NCBI RefSeq assembly: GCF_009914755.1
Contig: NC_060925.1
Length of the DNA stretch: 64,000 bases
Strand: one strand, 5' to 3'
From: the human T2T-CHM13v2.0 reference genome, Homo sapiens
Positions 29,201 through 44,200 of the stretch are shown here, piece after piece (position 1 is the first letter of the stretch; every line of letters begins with the position of its first letter). The notes beneath the pieces were generated by a model that made no database searches, was not told the DNA's origin, and saw only the letters and a program-made list of their open reading frames with translations. The translations under genes were made by a program, and so were the position numbers.

Positions 29201-32200
29201 AAATGGAATTATCCTCCAATGGAATCGAATGGAATTATCGAATGCAATCGAATGGAATTATCGAATGCAATCAAATAGAATCATCGAATGGACTCGAATG
29301 GAATCATCGAATGGAATGGAATGGAACAGTCAATGAACTCGAATGGAATCATCATTGAATGGAATCGAATGGAATCATCGAGTGGAATCGAATGGAATTA
29401 TGATCAAATGGAATCGAATGTAATCATCATCAAATGGAATCAAAAATAACCATCATCAATTGGTATTGAATGGAATTGTCATCAAATGGAATTCAAAGGA
29501 AACATCATCAAATGGAACCGAATGGAATCCTCATTGAATGGAAATGAAAGGGGTCATCATCTAATGGAATCGCATGGAATCATCATCAAATGGAATCGAA
29601 TGGAATCATCATCAAATGAAATCTAATGGAATCATTGAACAGAATTGAATGGAATCGTCATCGAATGAATTGAATGCAATCATCGAATGGTCTCGAATGG
29701 AACCATCTTCTAATGGAAAGGAATGGAATCATCGCATAGAATCGAATGGAATTGTCATCGAATGGAATCGAATGGTATCAACACCAAACGGAAAAAAACG
29801 GAATTATCGAATGGAATCGAAGAGAATCTTCGAACGGACCCGAATGGAATCATCTAATGGAATGGAATGGAATAATCCATGGACTCGAATGCAATCATCA
29901 TCGAATGGAATCGAATGGAATCATCGAATGGACTCGAATGAAATAATCATTGAACGGAATCGAATGGAATCATCATCGGATGGAAACGAATGGAATCATC
30001 ATCGAATGGAAATGAAAGGAGTCATCATCTAATGGAATTGCATGGAATCATCATAAAATGGAATCGAATGGAATCAACATCAAATGGAATCAAATGGAAT
30101 CATTGAACGGAATTGAATGGAATCGTCATCGAATGAATTGAATGCAATCATCGAATGGTCTCGAATGGAATCATCTTCAAATGGAATGGAATGGAATCAT
30201 CGCATAGAATCGAATGGAATTATCATCGAATGGAATCGAATGGAATCAACATCAAACGGAAAAAAACGGAATTATCGAATGGAATCGAAGAGAATCATCG
30301 AATGGACCCGAATGGAATCATCTAATGGAATGGAATGGAATAATCCATGGACTCGAATGCAATCATCATCGAATGGAATCGAATGGAATCATCCAATGGA
30401 CTCGAATGGAATAATCATTGAACGGAATCGAATGGAATCATCATCGTATGGAAATGAATGGAATCATCATCGAATGGAATCGAATAGAATTATGGAATGA
30501 AATCCAGTGTGATCATCATCGAATGGACCCGAATGGAATCATCATCCAACGGATGCTAATGGAATCAACATCGAATGAATCAAATGGAAACACCATCGAA
30601 TTGAAACGAATGGAATTACCATGAAATTGAAATGGATGGACTCATCATCGAATGGATTTGAAAGGAATCATCGAATAAAATTGATTGAAATCATCATCGA
30701 ATGGAATCGAATGGTATCATTGAATGGAATCGAATGGAATCATCATCAGATGGAAATGAATGGAATCGTCATAGAATGGAATCGAATGGATTCATTGAAT
30801 GGAATCAGATGGAATCATCGAATGGACTGGAATGGAATCATTGAATGGACTCGAAAGAGATCATGATTGAATGGAATTGAATGGAATCATCGAATGGTCT
30901 CGATTGGAATCATTATCAAATGGAATCGAATGGAATCACCGAATAGAATCGAATGGAACAATCATCGAATGGACTCAAATGGAATTATCCTCCAATGGAA
31001 TCGAATGGAATTATCGAATGCAATCGAATGGAATTATCGAATGCAATCGAATAGAATCATCGAATGGACTCGAATGGAATCATCGAATGGAATGGAATGG
31101 AACAGTCAATGAACTCGAATGGAATCATCATTGAATGGAATCGAATGGAATCATCGAGTGGAATCGAATGGAATTATGATCAAATGGAATCGAATGTAAT
31201 CATCATCAAATGGAATCAAAAATAACCATCATCAATTGGTATTGAATGGAATTGTCATCAAATGGAATTCAAAGGAAACATCATCAAATGGAACCGAATG
31301 GAATCCTCATTGAATGGAAATGAAAGGGGTCATCATCTAATGGAATCGCATGGAATCATCATCAAATGGAATCGAATGGAATCATCATCAAATGGAATCT
31401 AATGGAATCATTGAACAGAATTGAATGGAATCGTCATCGAATGAATTGAATGCAATCATCGAATGGTCTCGAATGGAACCATCTTCTAATGGAAAGGAAT
31501 GGAATCATCGCATAGAATCGAATGGAATTATCATCGAATGGAATCGAATGGTATCAACACCAAACGGAAAAAAACGGAATTATCGAATGGAATCGAAGAG
31601 AATCTTCGAACGGACCCGAATGGAATCATCTAATGGAATGGAATGGAATAATCCATGGACTCGAATGCAATGATCATCGAATGGAATCGAATGGAATCAT
31701 CGAATGGACTCGAATGAAATAATCATTGAACGGAATCGAATGGAATCATCATCGGATGGAAATGAAAGGAGTCATCATCTAATGGAATTGCATGGAATCA
31801 TCATAAAATGGAATCGAATGGAATCAACATCAAATGGAATCAAATGGAATCATTGAACGGAATTGAATGGAATCGTCATCGAATGAATTGAATGCAATCA
31901 TCGAATGGTCTCGAATGGAATCATCTTCAAATGGAATGGAATGGAATCATCGCATAGAATCGAATGGAATTATCATCGAATGGAATCGAATGGAATCAAC
32001 ATCAAACGGAAAAAAACGGAATTATCGAATGGAATCGAAGAGAATCATCGAATGGACCCGAATGGAATCATCTAATGGAATGGAATGGAATAATCCATGG
32101 ACTCGAATGCAATCATCATCGAATGGAATCGAATGGAATCATCCAATGGACTCGAATGGAATAATCATTGAACGGAATCGAATGGAATCAACATCGGATG

Positions 32201-35200
32201 GAAATGAATGGAATCATCATCGAATGGAATCGAATAGAATTATGGAATGAAATCCAGTGTGATCATCATCGAATGGACCCGAAAGGAATCATCATCCAAC
32301 GGATGCTAATGGAATCAACATCGAATGAATCAAATGGAAACACCATCGAATTGAAACGAATGGAATTACCATGAAATTGAAATGGATGGACTCATCATCG
32401 AATGGATTTGAAAGGAATCATCGAATAAAATTGATTGAAATCATCATCGAATGGAATCGAATGGTATCATTGAATGGAATCGAATGGAATCATCATCAGA
32501 TGGAAATGAATGGAATCGTCATAGAATGGAATCGAATGGATTCATTGAATGGAATCAGATGGAATCATCGAATGGACTGGAATGGAATCATTGAATGGAC
32601 TCGAAAGAGATCATGATTGAATGGAATTGAATGGAATCATCGAATGGTCTCGATTGGAATCATTATCAAATGGAATCGAATGGAATCACCGAATAGAATC
32701 GAATGGAACAATCATCGAATGGACTCAAATGGAATTATCCTCCAATGGAATCGAATGGAATTATCGAATGCAATCGAATGGAATTATCGAATGCAATCGA
32801 ATAGAATCATCGAATGGACTCGAATGGAATCATCGAATGGAATGGAATGGAACAGTCAATGAACTCGAATGGAATCATCATTGAATGGAATCGAATGGAA
32901 TCATCGAGTGGAATCGAATGGAATTATGATCAAATGGAATCGAATGTAATCATCATCAAATGGAATCAAAAATAACCATCATCAATTGGTATTGAATGGA
33001 ATTGTCATCAAATGGAATTCAAAGGAAACATCATCAAATGGAACCGAATGGAATCCTCATTGAATGGAAATGAAAGGGGTCATCATCTAATGGAATCGCA
33101 TGGAATCATCATCAAATGGAATCGAATGGAATCATCATCAAATGGAATCTAATGGAATCATTGAACAGAATTGAATGGAATCGTCATCGAATGAATTGAA
33201 TGCAATCATCGAATGGTCTCGAATGGAACCATCTTCTAATGGAAAGGAATGGAATCATCGCATAGAATCGAATGGAATTATCATCGAATGGAATCGAATG
33301 GTATCAACACCAAACGGAAAAAAACGGAATTATCGAATGGAATCGAAGAGAATCTTCGAACGGACCCGAATGGAATCATCTAATGGAATGGAATGGAATA
33401 ATCCATGGACTCGAATGCAATGATCATCGAATGGAATCGAATGGAATCATCGAATGGACTCGAATGAAATAATCATTGAACGGAATCGAATGGAATCATC
33501 ATCGGATGGAAATGAAAGGAGTCATCATCTAATGGAATTGCATGGAATCATCATAAAATGGAATCGAATGGAATCAACATCAAATGGAATCAAATGGAAT
33601 CATTGAACGGAATTGAATGGAATCGTCATCGAATGAATTGAATGCAATCATCGAATGGTCTCGAATGGAATCATCTTCAAATGGAATGGAATGGAATCAT
33701 CGCATAGAATCGAATGGAATTATCATCGAATGGAATCGAATGGAATCAACATCAAACGGAAAAAAACGGAATTATCGAATGGAATCGAAGAGAATCATCG
33801 AATGGACCCGAATGGAATCATCTAATGGAATGGAATGGAATAATCCATGGACTCGAATGCAATCATCATCGAATGGAATCGAATGGAATCATCCAATGGA
33901 CTCGAATGGAATAATCATTGAACGGAATCGAATGGAATCATCATCGGATGGAAATGAATGGAATCATCATCGAATGGAATCGAATAGAATTATGGAATGA
34001 AATCCAGTGTGATCATCATCGAATGGACCCGAATGGAATCATCATCCAACGGATGCTAATGGAATCAACATCGAATGAATCAAATGGAAACACCATCGAA
34101 TTGAAACGAATGGAATTACCATGAAATTGAAATGGATGGACTCATCATCGAATGGATTTGAAAGGAATCATCGAATAAAATTGATTGAAATCATCATCGA
34201 ATGGAATCGAATGGTATCATTGAATGGAATCGAATGGAATCATCATCAGATGGAAATGAATGGAATCGTCATAGAATGGAATCGAATGGATTCATTGAAT
34301 GGAATCAGATGGAATCATCGAATGGACTGGAATGGAATCATTGAATGGACTCGAAAGAGATCATGATTGAATGGAATTGAATGGAATCATCGAATGGTCT
34401 CGATTGGAATCATTATCAAATGGAATCGAATGGAATCACCGAATAGAATCGAATGGAACAATCATCGAATGGACTCAAATGGAATTATCCTCCAATGGAA
34501 TCGAATGGAATTATCGAATGCAATCGAATGGAATTATCGAATGCAAACGAATAGAATCATCGAATGGACTCGAATGGAATCATCGAATGGAATGGAATGG
34601 AACAGTCAATGAACTCGAATGGAATCATCATTGAATGGAATCGAATGGAATCATCGAGTGGAATCGAATGGAATTATGATCAAATGGAATCGAATGTAAT
34701 CATCATCAAATGGAATCAAAAATAACCATCATCAATTGGTATTGAATGGAATTGTCATCAAATGGAATTCAAAGGAAACATCATCAAATGGAACCGAATG
34801 GAATCCTCATTGAATGGAAATGAAAGGGGTCATCATCTAATGGAATCGCATGGAATCATCATCAAATGGAATCGAACGGAATCATCATGAAATGGAATCT
34901 AATGGAATCATTGAACAGAATTGAATGGAATCGTCATCGAATGAATTGAATGCAATCATCGAATGGTCTCGAATGGAACCATCTTCTAATGGAAAGGAAT
35001 GGAATCATCGCATAGAATCGAATGGAATTATCATCGAATGGAATCGAATGGTATCAACACCAAACGGAAAAAAACGGAATTATCGAATGGAATCGAAGAG
35101 AATCTTCGAACGGACCCGAATGGAATCATCTAATGGAATGGAATGGAATAATCCATGGACTCGAATGCAATGATCATCGAATGGAATCGAATGGAATCAT

Positions 35201-38200
35201 CGAATGGACTCGAATGGAATAATCATTGAACGGAATCGAATGGAATCATCATCGGATGGAAATGAAAGGAGTCATCATCTAATGGAATTGCATGGAATCA
35301 TCATAAAATGGAATCGAATGGAATCAACATCAAATGGAATCAAATGGAATCATTGAACGGAATTGAATGGAATCGTCATCGAATGAATTGAATGCAATCA
35401 TCGAATGGTCTCGAATGGAATCATCTTCAAATGGAATGGAATGGAATCATCGCATAGAATCGAATGGAATTATCATCGAATGGAATCGAATGGAATCAAC
35501 ATCAAACGGAAAAAAACGGAATTATCGAATGGAATCGAAGAGAATCATCGAATGGACCCGAATGGAATCATCTAATGGAATGGAATGGAATAATCCATGG
35601 ACTCGAATGCAATCATCATCGAATGGAATCGAATGGAATCATCCAATGGACTCGAATGGAATAATCATTGAACGGAATCGAATGGAATCATCATCGGATG
35701 GAAATGAATGGAATCATCATCGAATGGAATCGAATAGAATTATGGAATGAAATCCAGTGTGATCATAATCGAATGGACCCGAATGGAATCATCATCCAAC
35801 GGATGCTAATGGAATCAACATCGAATGAATCAAATGGAAACACCATCGAATTGAAACGAATGGAATTACCATGAAATTGAAATGGATGGACTCATCATCG
35901 AATGGATTTGAAAGGAATCATCGAATAAAATTGATTGAAATCATCATCGAATGGAATCGAATGGTATCATTGAATGGAATCGAATGGAATCATCATCAGA
36001 TGGAAATGAATGGAATCGTCATAGAATGGAATCGAATGGATTCATTGAATGGAATCAGATGGAATCATCGAATGGACTGGAATGGAATCATTGAATGGAC
36101 TCGAAAGAGATCATGATTGAATGGAATTGAATGGAATCATCGAATGGTCTCGATTGGAATCATTATCAAATGGAATCGAATGGAATCACCGAATAGAATC
36201 GAATGGAACAATCATCGAATGGACTCAAATGGAATTATCCTCCAATGGAATCGAATGGAATTATCGAATGCAATCGAATGGAATTATCGAATGCAAACGA
36301 ATAGAATCATCGAATGGACTCGAATGGAATCATCGAATGGAATGGAATGGAACAGTCAATGAACTCGAATGGAATCATCATTGAATGGAATCGAATGGAA
36401 TCATCGAGTGGAATCGAATGGAATTATGATCAAATGGAATCGAATGTAATCATCATCAAATGGAATCAAAAATAACCATCATCAATTGGTATTGAATGGA
36501 ATTGTCATCAAATGGAATTCAAAGGAAACATCATCAAATGGAACCGAATGGAATCCTCATTGAATGGAAATGAAAGGGGTCATCATCTAATGGAATCGCA
36601 TGGAATCATCATCAAATGGAATCGAATGGAATCATCATGAAATGGAATCTAATGGAATCATTGAACAGAATTGAATGGAATCGTCATCGAATGAATTGAA
36701 TGCAATCATCGAATGGTCTCGAATGGAACCATCTTCTAATGGAAAGGAATGGAATCATCGCATAGAATCGAATGGAATTATCATCGAATGGAATCGAATG
36801 GTATCAACACCAAACGGAAAAAAACGGAATTATCGAATGGAATCGAAGAGAATCTTCGAACGGACCCGAATGGAATCATCTAATGGAATGGAATGGAATA
36901 ATCCATGGACTCGAATGCAATCATCATCGAATGGAATCGAATGGAATCATCGAATGGACTCGAATGGAATAATCATTGAACGGAATCGAATGGAATCATC
37001 ATCGGATGGAAACGAATGGAATCATCATCGAATGGAAATGAAAGGAGTCATCATCTAATGGAATTGCATGGAATCATCATAAAATGGAATCGAATGGAAT
37101 CAACATCAAATGGAATCAAATGGAATCATTGAACGGAATTGAATGGAATCGTCATCGAATGAATTGAATGCAATCATCGAATGGTCTCGAATGGAATCAT
37201 CTTCAAATGGAATGGAATGGAATCATCGCATAGAATCGAATGAAATTATCATCGAATGGAATCGAATGGAATCAACATCAAACGGAAAAAAACGGAATTA
37301 TCGAATGGAATCGAAGAGAATCATCGAATGGACCCGAATGGAATCATCTAATGGAATGGAATGGAATAATCCATGGACTCGAATGCAATCATCATCGAAT
37401 GGAATCGAATGGAATCATCGAATGGACTCGAATGGAATAATCATTGAACGGAATCGAATGGAATCATCATCGGATGGAAATGAAAGGAGTCATCATCTAA
37501 TGGAATTGCATGGAATCATCATAAAATGGAATCGAATGGAATCAACATCAAATGGAATCAAATGGAATCATTGAACGGAATTGAATGGAATCGTCATCGA
37601 ATGAATTGAATGCAATCATCGAATGGTCTCGAATGGAATCATCTTCAAATGGAATGGAATGGAATCATCGCATAGAATCGAATGGAATTATCATCGAATG
37701 GAATCGAATGGAATCAACATCAAACGGAAAAAAACCGAATTATCGAATGGAATCGAAGAGAATCATCGAATGGACCCGAATGGAATCATCTAATGGAATG
37801 GAATGGAATAATCCATGGACTCGAATGCAATCATCATCGAATGGAATCAAATGGAATCATCGAATGGACTCGAATGGAATAATCATTGAACGGAATCGAA
37901 TGGAATCATCATCGGATGGAAATGAATGGAATCATCATCGAATGGAATCGAATAGAATTATGGAATGAAATCCAGTGTGATCATCATCGAATGGACCCGA
38001 ATGGAATCATCATCCAACGGATGCTAATGGAATCAACATCGAATGAATCAAATGGAAACACCATCGAATTGAAACGAATGGAATTATCATGAAATTGAAA
38101 TGGATGGACTCATCATCGAATGGATTCGAAAGGAATCATCGAATAAAATTGATTGAAATCATCATCGAATGGAATCGAATGGTATCATTGAATGGAATCG

Positions 38201-41200
38201 AATGGAATCATCATCAGATGGAAATGAATGGAATCGTCATAGAATGGAATCGAATGGATTCATTGAATGGAATCAGATGGAATCATCGAATGGACTGGAA
38301 TGGAATCATTGAATGGACTCGAAAGAGATCATGATTGAATGGAATTGAATGGAATCATCGAATGGTCTCGATTGGAATCATTATCAAATGGAATCGAATG
38401 GAATCACCGAATAGAATCGAATGGAACAATCATCGAATGGACTCAAATGGAATTATCCTCCAATGGAATCGAATGGAATTATCGAATGCAATCGAATGGA
38501 ATTATCGAATGCAATCGAATAGAATCATCGAATGGACTCGAATGGAATCATCGAATGGAATGGAATGGAACAGTCAATGAACTCGAATGGAATCATCATT
38601 GAATGGAATCGAATGGAATCATCGAGTGGAATCGAATGGAATTATGATCAAATGGAATCGAATGTAATCATCATCAAATGGAATCAAAAATAACCATCAT
38701 CAATTGGTATTGAATGGAATTGTCATCAAATGGAATTCAAAGGAAACATCATCAAATGGAACCGAATGGAATCCTCATTGAATGGAAATGAAAGGGGTCA
38801 TCATCTAATGGAATCGCATGGAATCATCATCAAATGGAATCGAATGGAATCATCATGAAATGGAATCTAATAGAATCATTGAACAGAATTGAATGGAATC
38901 GTCATCGAATGAATTGAATGCAATCATCGAATGGTCTCGAATGGAACCATCTTCTAATGGAAAGGAATGGAATCATCGCATAGAATCGAATGGAATTATC
39001 ATCGAATGGAATCGAATGGTATCAACACCAAACGGAAAAAAACGGAATTATCGAATGGAATCGAAGAGAATCTTCGAACGGACCCGAATGGAATCATCTA
39101 ATGGAATGGAATGGAATAATCCATGGACTCGAATGCAATCATCATCGAATGGAATCGAATGGAATCATCGAATGGACTCGAATGAAATAATCATTGAACG
39201 GAATCGAATGGAATCATCATCGGATGGAAATGAAAGGAGTCATCATCTAATGGAATTGCATGGAATCATCATAAAATGGAATCGAATGGAATCAACATCA
39301 AATGGAATCAAATGGAATCATTGAACGGAATTGAATGGAATCGTCATCGAATGAATTGAATGCAATCATCGAATGGTCTCGAATGGAATCATCTTCAAAT
39401 GGAATGGAATGGAATCATCGCATAGAATCGAATGGAATTATCATCGAATGGAATCGAATGGAATCAACATCAAACGGAAAAAAACGGAATTATCGAATGG
39501 AATCGAAGAGAATCATCGAATGGACCCGAATGGAATCATCTAATGGAATGGAATGGAATAATCCATGGACTCGAATGCAATCATCATCGAATGGAATCGA
39601 ATGGAATCATCCAATGGACTCGAATGGAATAATCATTGAACGGAATCGAATGGAATCATCATCGGATGGAAATGAATGGAATCATCATCGAATGGAATCG
39701 AATAGAATTATGGAATGAAATCCAGTGTGATCATCATCGAATGGACCCGAATGGAATCATCATCCAACGGATGCTAATGGAATCAACATCGAATGAATCA
39801 AATGGAAACACCATCGAATTGAAACGAATGGAATTACCATGAAATTGAAATGGATGGACTCATCATCGAATGGATTCGAAAGGAATCATCGAATAAAATT
39901 GATTGAAATCATCATCGAATGGAATCGAATGGTATCATTGAATGGAATCGAATGGAATCATCATCAGATGGAAATGAATGGAATCGTCATAGAATGGAAT
40001 CGAATGGATTCATTGAATGGAATCAGATGGAATCATCGAATGGACTGGAATGGAATCATTGAATGGACTCGAAAGAGATCATGATTGAATGGAATTGAAT
40101 GGAATCATCGAATGGTCTCGATTGGAATCATTATCAAATGGAATCGAATGGAATCACCGAATAGAATCGAATGGAACAATCATCGAATGGACTCAAATGG
40201 AATTATCCTCCAATGGAATCGAATGGAATTATCGAATGCAATCGAATGGAATTATCGAATGCAATCGAATAGAATCATCGAATGGACTCGAATGGAATCA
40301 TCGAATGGAATGGAATGGAACAGTCAATGAACTCGAATGGAATCATCATTGAATGGAATCGAATGGAATCATCGAGTGGAATCGAATGGAATTATGATCA
40401 AATGGAATCGAATGTAATCATCATCAAATGGAATCAAAAATAACCATCATCAATTGGTATTGAATGGAATTGTCATCAAATGGAATTCAAAGGAAACATC
40501 ATCAAATGGAACCGAATGGAATCCTCATTGAATGGAAATGAAAGGGGTCATCATCTAATGGAATCGCATGGAATCATCATCAAATGGAATCGAATGGAAT
40601 CATCATCAAATGGAATCTAATGGAATCATTGAACAGAATTGAATGGAATCGTCATCGAATGAATTGAATGCAATCATCGAATGGTCTCGAATGGAACCAT
40701 CTTCTAATGGAAAGGAATGGAATCATCGCAAAGAATCGAATGGAATTATCATCGAATGGAATCGAATGGTATCAACACCAAACGGAAAAAAACGGAATTA
40801 TCGAATGGAATCGAAGAGAATCTTCGAACGGACCCGAATGGAATCATCTAATGGAATGGAATGGAATAATCCATGGACTCGAATGCAATCATCATCGAAT
40901 GGAATCGAATGGAATCATCGAATGGACTCGAATGAAATAATCATTGAACGGAATCGAATGGAATCATCATCGGATGGAAATGAAAGGAGTCATCATCTAA
41001 TGGAATTGCATGGAATCATCATAAAATGGAATCGAATGGAATCAACATCAAATGGAATCAAATGGAATCATTGAACGGAATTGAATGGAATCGTCATCGA
41101 ATGAATTGAATGCAATCATCGAATGGTCTCGAATGGAATCATCTTCAAATGGAATGGAATGGAATCATCGCATAGAATCGAATGGAATTATCATCGAATG

Positions 41201-44200
41201 GAATCGAATGGAATCAACATCAAACGGAAAAAAACGGAATTATCGAATGGAATCGAAGAGAATCATCGAATGGACCCGAATGGAATCATCTAATGGAATG
41301 GAATGGAATAATCCATGGACTCGAATGCAATCATCATCGAATGGAATCGAATGGAATCATCCAATGGACTCGAATGGAATAATCATTGAACGGAATCGAA
41401 TGGAATCATCATCGGATGGAAATGAATGGAATCATCATCGAATGGAATCGAATAGAATTATGGAATGAAATCCAGTGTGATCATCATCGAATGGACCCGA
41501 ATGGAATCATCATCCAACGGATGCTAATGGAATCAACATCGAATGAATCAAATGGAAACACCATCGAATTGAAACGAATGGAATTACCATGAAATTGAAA
41601 TGGATGGACTCATCATCGAATGGATTTGAAAGGAATCATCGAATAAAATTGATTGAAATCATCATCGAATGGAATCGAATGGTATCATTGAATGGAATCG
41701 AATGGAATCATCATCAGATGGAAATGAATGGAATCGTCATAGAATGGAATCGAATGGATTCATTGAATGGAATCAGATGGAATCATCGAATGGACTGGAA
41801 TGGAATCATTGAATGGACTCGAAAGAGATCATGATTGAATGGAATTGAATGGAATCATCGAATGGTCTCGATTGGAATCATTATCAAATGGAATCGAATG
41901 GAATCACCGAATAGAATCGAATGGAACAATCATCGAATGGACTCAAATGGAATTATCCTCCAATGGAATCGAATGGAATTATCGAATGCAATCGAATGGA
42001 ATTATCGAATGCAAACGAATAGAATCATCGAATGGACTCGAATGGAATCATCGAATGGAATGGAATGGAACAGTCAATGAACTCGAATGGAATCATCATT
42101 GAATGGAATCGAATGGAATCATCGAGTGGAATCGAATGGAATTATGATCAAATGGAATCGAATGTAATCATCATCAAATGGAATCAAAAATAACCATCAT
42201 CAATTGGTATTGAATGGAATTGTCATCAAATGGAATTCAAAGGAAACATCATCAAATGGAACCGAATGGAATCCTCATTGAATGGAAATGAAAGGGGTCA
42301 TCATCTAATGGAATCGCATGGAATCATCATCAAATGGAATCGAATGGAATCATCATGAAATGGAATCTAATGGAATCATTGAACAGAATTGAATGGAATC
42401 GTCATCGAATGAATTGAATGCAATCATCGAATGGTCTCGAATGGAACCATCTTCTAATGGAAAGGAATGGAATCATCGCATAGAATCGAATGGAATTATC
42501 ATCGAATGGAATCGAATGGTATCAACACCAAACGGAAAAAAACGGAATTATCGAATGGAATCGAAGAGAATCTTCGAACGGACCCGAATGGAATCATCTA
42601 ATGGAATGGAATGGAATAATCCATGGACTCGAATGCAATCATCATCGAATGGAATCGAATGGAATCATCGAATGGACTCGAATGGAATAATCATTGAACG
42701 GAATCGAATGGAATCATCATCGGATGGAAACGAATGGAATCATCATCGAATGGAAATGAAAGGAGTCATCATCTAATGGAATTGCATGGAATCATCATAA
42801 AATGGAATCGAATGGAATCAACATCAAATGGAATCAAATGGAATCATTGAACGGAATTGAATGGAATCGTCATCGAATGAATTGAATGCAATCATCGAAT
42901 GGTCTCGAATGGAATCATCTTCAAATGGAATGGAATGGAATCATCGCATAGAATCGAATGAAATTATCATCGAATGGAATCGAATGGAATCAACATCAAA
43001 CGGAAAAAAACGGAATTATCGAATGGAATCGAAGAGAATCATCGAATGGACCCGAATGGAATCATCTAATGGAATGGAATGGAATAATCCATGGACTCGA
43101 ATGCAATCATCATCGAATGGAATCGAATGGAATCATCGAATGGACTCGAATGGAATAATCATTGAACGGAATCGAATGGAATCATCATCGGATGGAAATG
43201 AAAGGAGTCATCATCTAATGGAATTGCATGGAATCATCATAAAATGGAATCGAATGGAATCAACATCAAATGGAATCAAATGGAATCATTGAACGGAATT
43301 GAATGGAATCGTCATCGAATGAATTGAATGCAATCATCGAATGGTCTCGAATGGAATCATCTTCAAATGGAATGGAATGGAATCATCGCATAGAATCGAA
43401 TGGAATTATCATCGAATGGAATCGAATGGAATCAACATCAAACGGAAAAAAACGGAATTATCGAATGGAATCGAAGAGAATCATCGAATGGACCCGAATG
43501 GAATCATCTAATGGAATGGAATGGAATAATCCATGGACTCGAATGCAATCATCATCGAATGGAATCAAATGGAATCATCGAATGGACTCGAATGGAATAA
43601 TCATTGAACGGAATCGAATGGAATCATCATCGGATGGAAATGAATGGAATCATCATCGAATGGAATCGAATAGAATTATGGAATGAAATCCAGTGTGATC
43701 ATCATCGAATGGACCCGAATGGAATCATCATCCAACGGATGCTAATGGAATCAACATCGAATGAATCAAATGGAAACACCATCGATTTGAAACGAATGGA
43801 ATTACCATGAAATTGAAATGGATGGACTCATCATCGAATGGATTCGAAAGGAATCATCGAATAAAATTGATTGAAATCATCATCGAATGGAATCGAATGG
43901 TATCATTGAATGGAATCGAATGGAATCATCATCAGATGGAAATGAATGGAATCGTCATAGAATGGAATCGAATGGATTCATTGAATGCAATCAGATGGAA
44001 TCATCGAATGGACTGGAATGGAATCATTGAATGGACTCGAAAGAGATCATGATTGAATGGAATTGAATGGAATCATCGAATGGTCTCGATTGGAATCATT
44101 ATCAAATGGAATCGAATGGAATCACCGAATAGAATCGAATGGAACAATCATCGAATGGACTCAAATAGAATTATCCTCCAATGGAATCGAATGGAATTAT

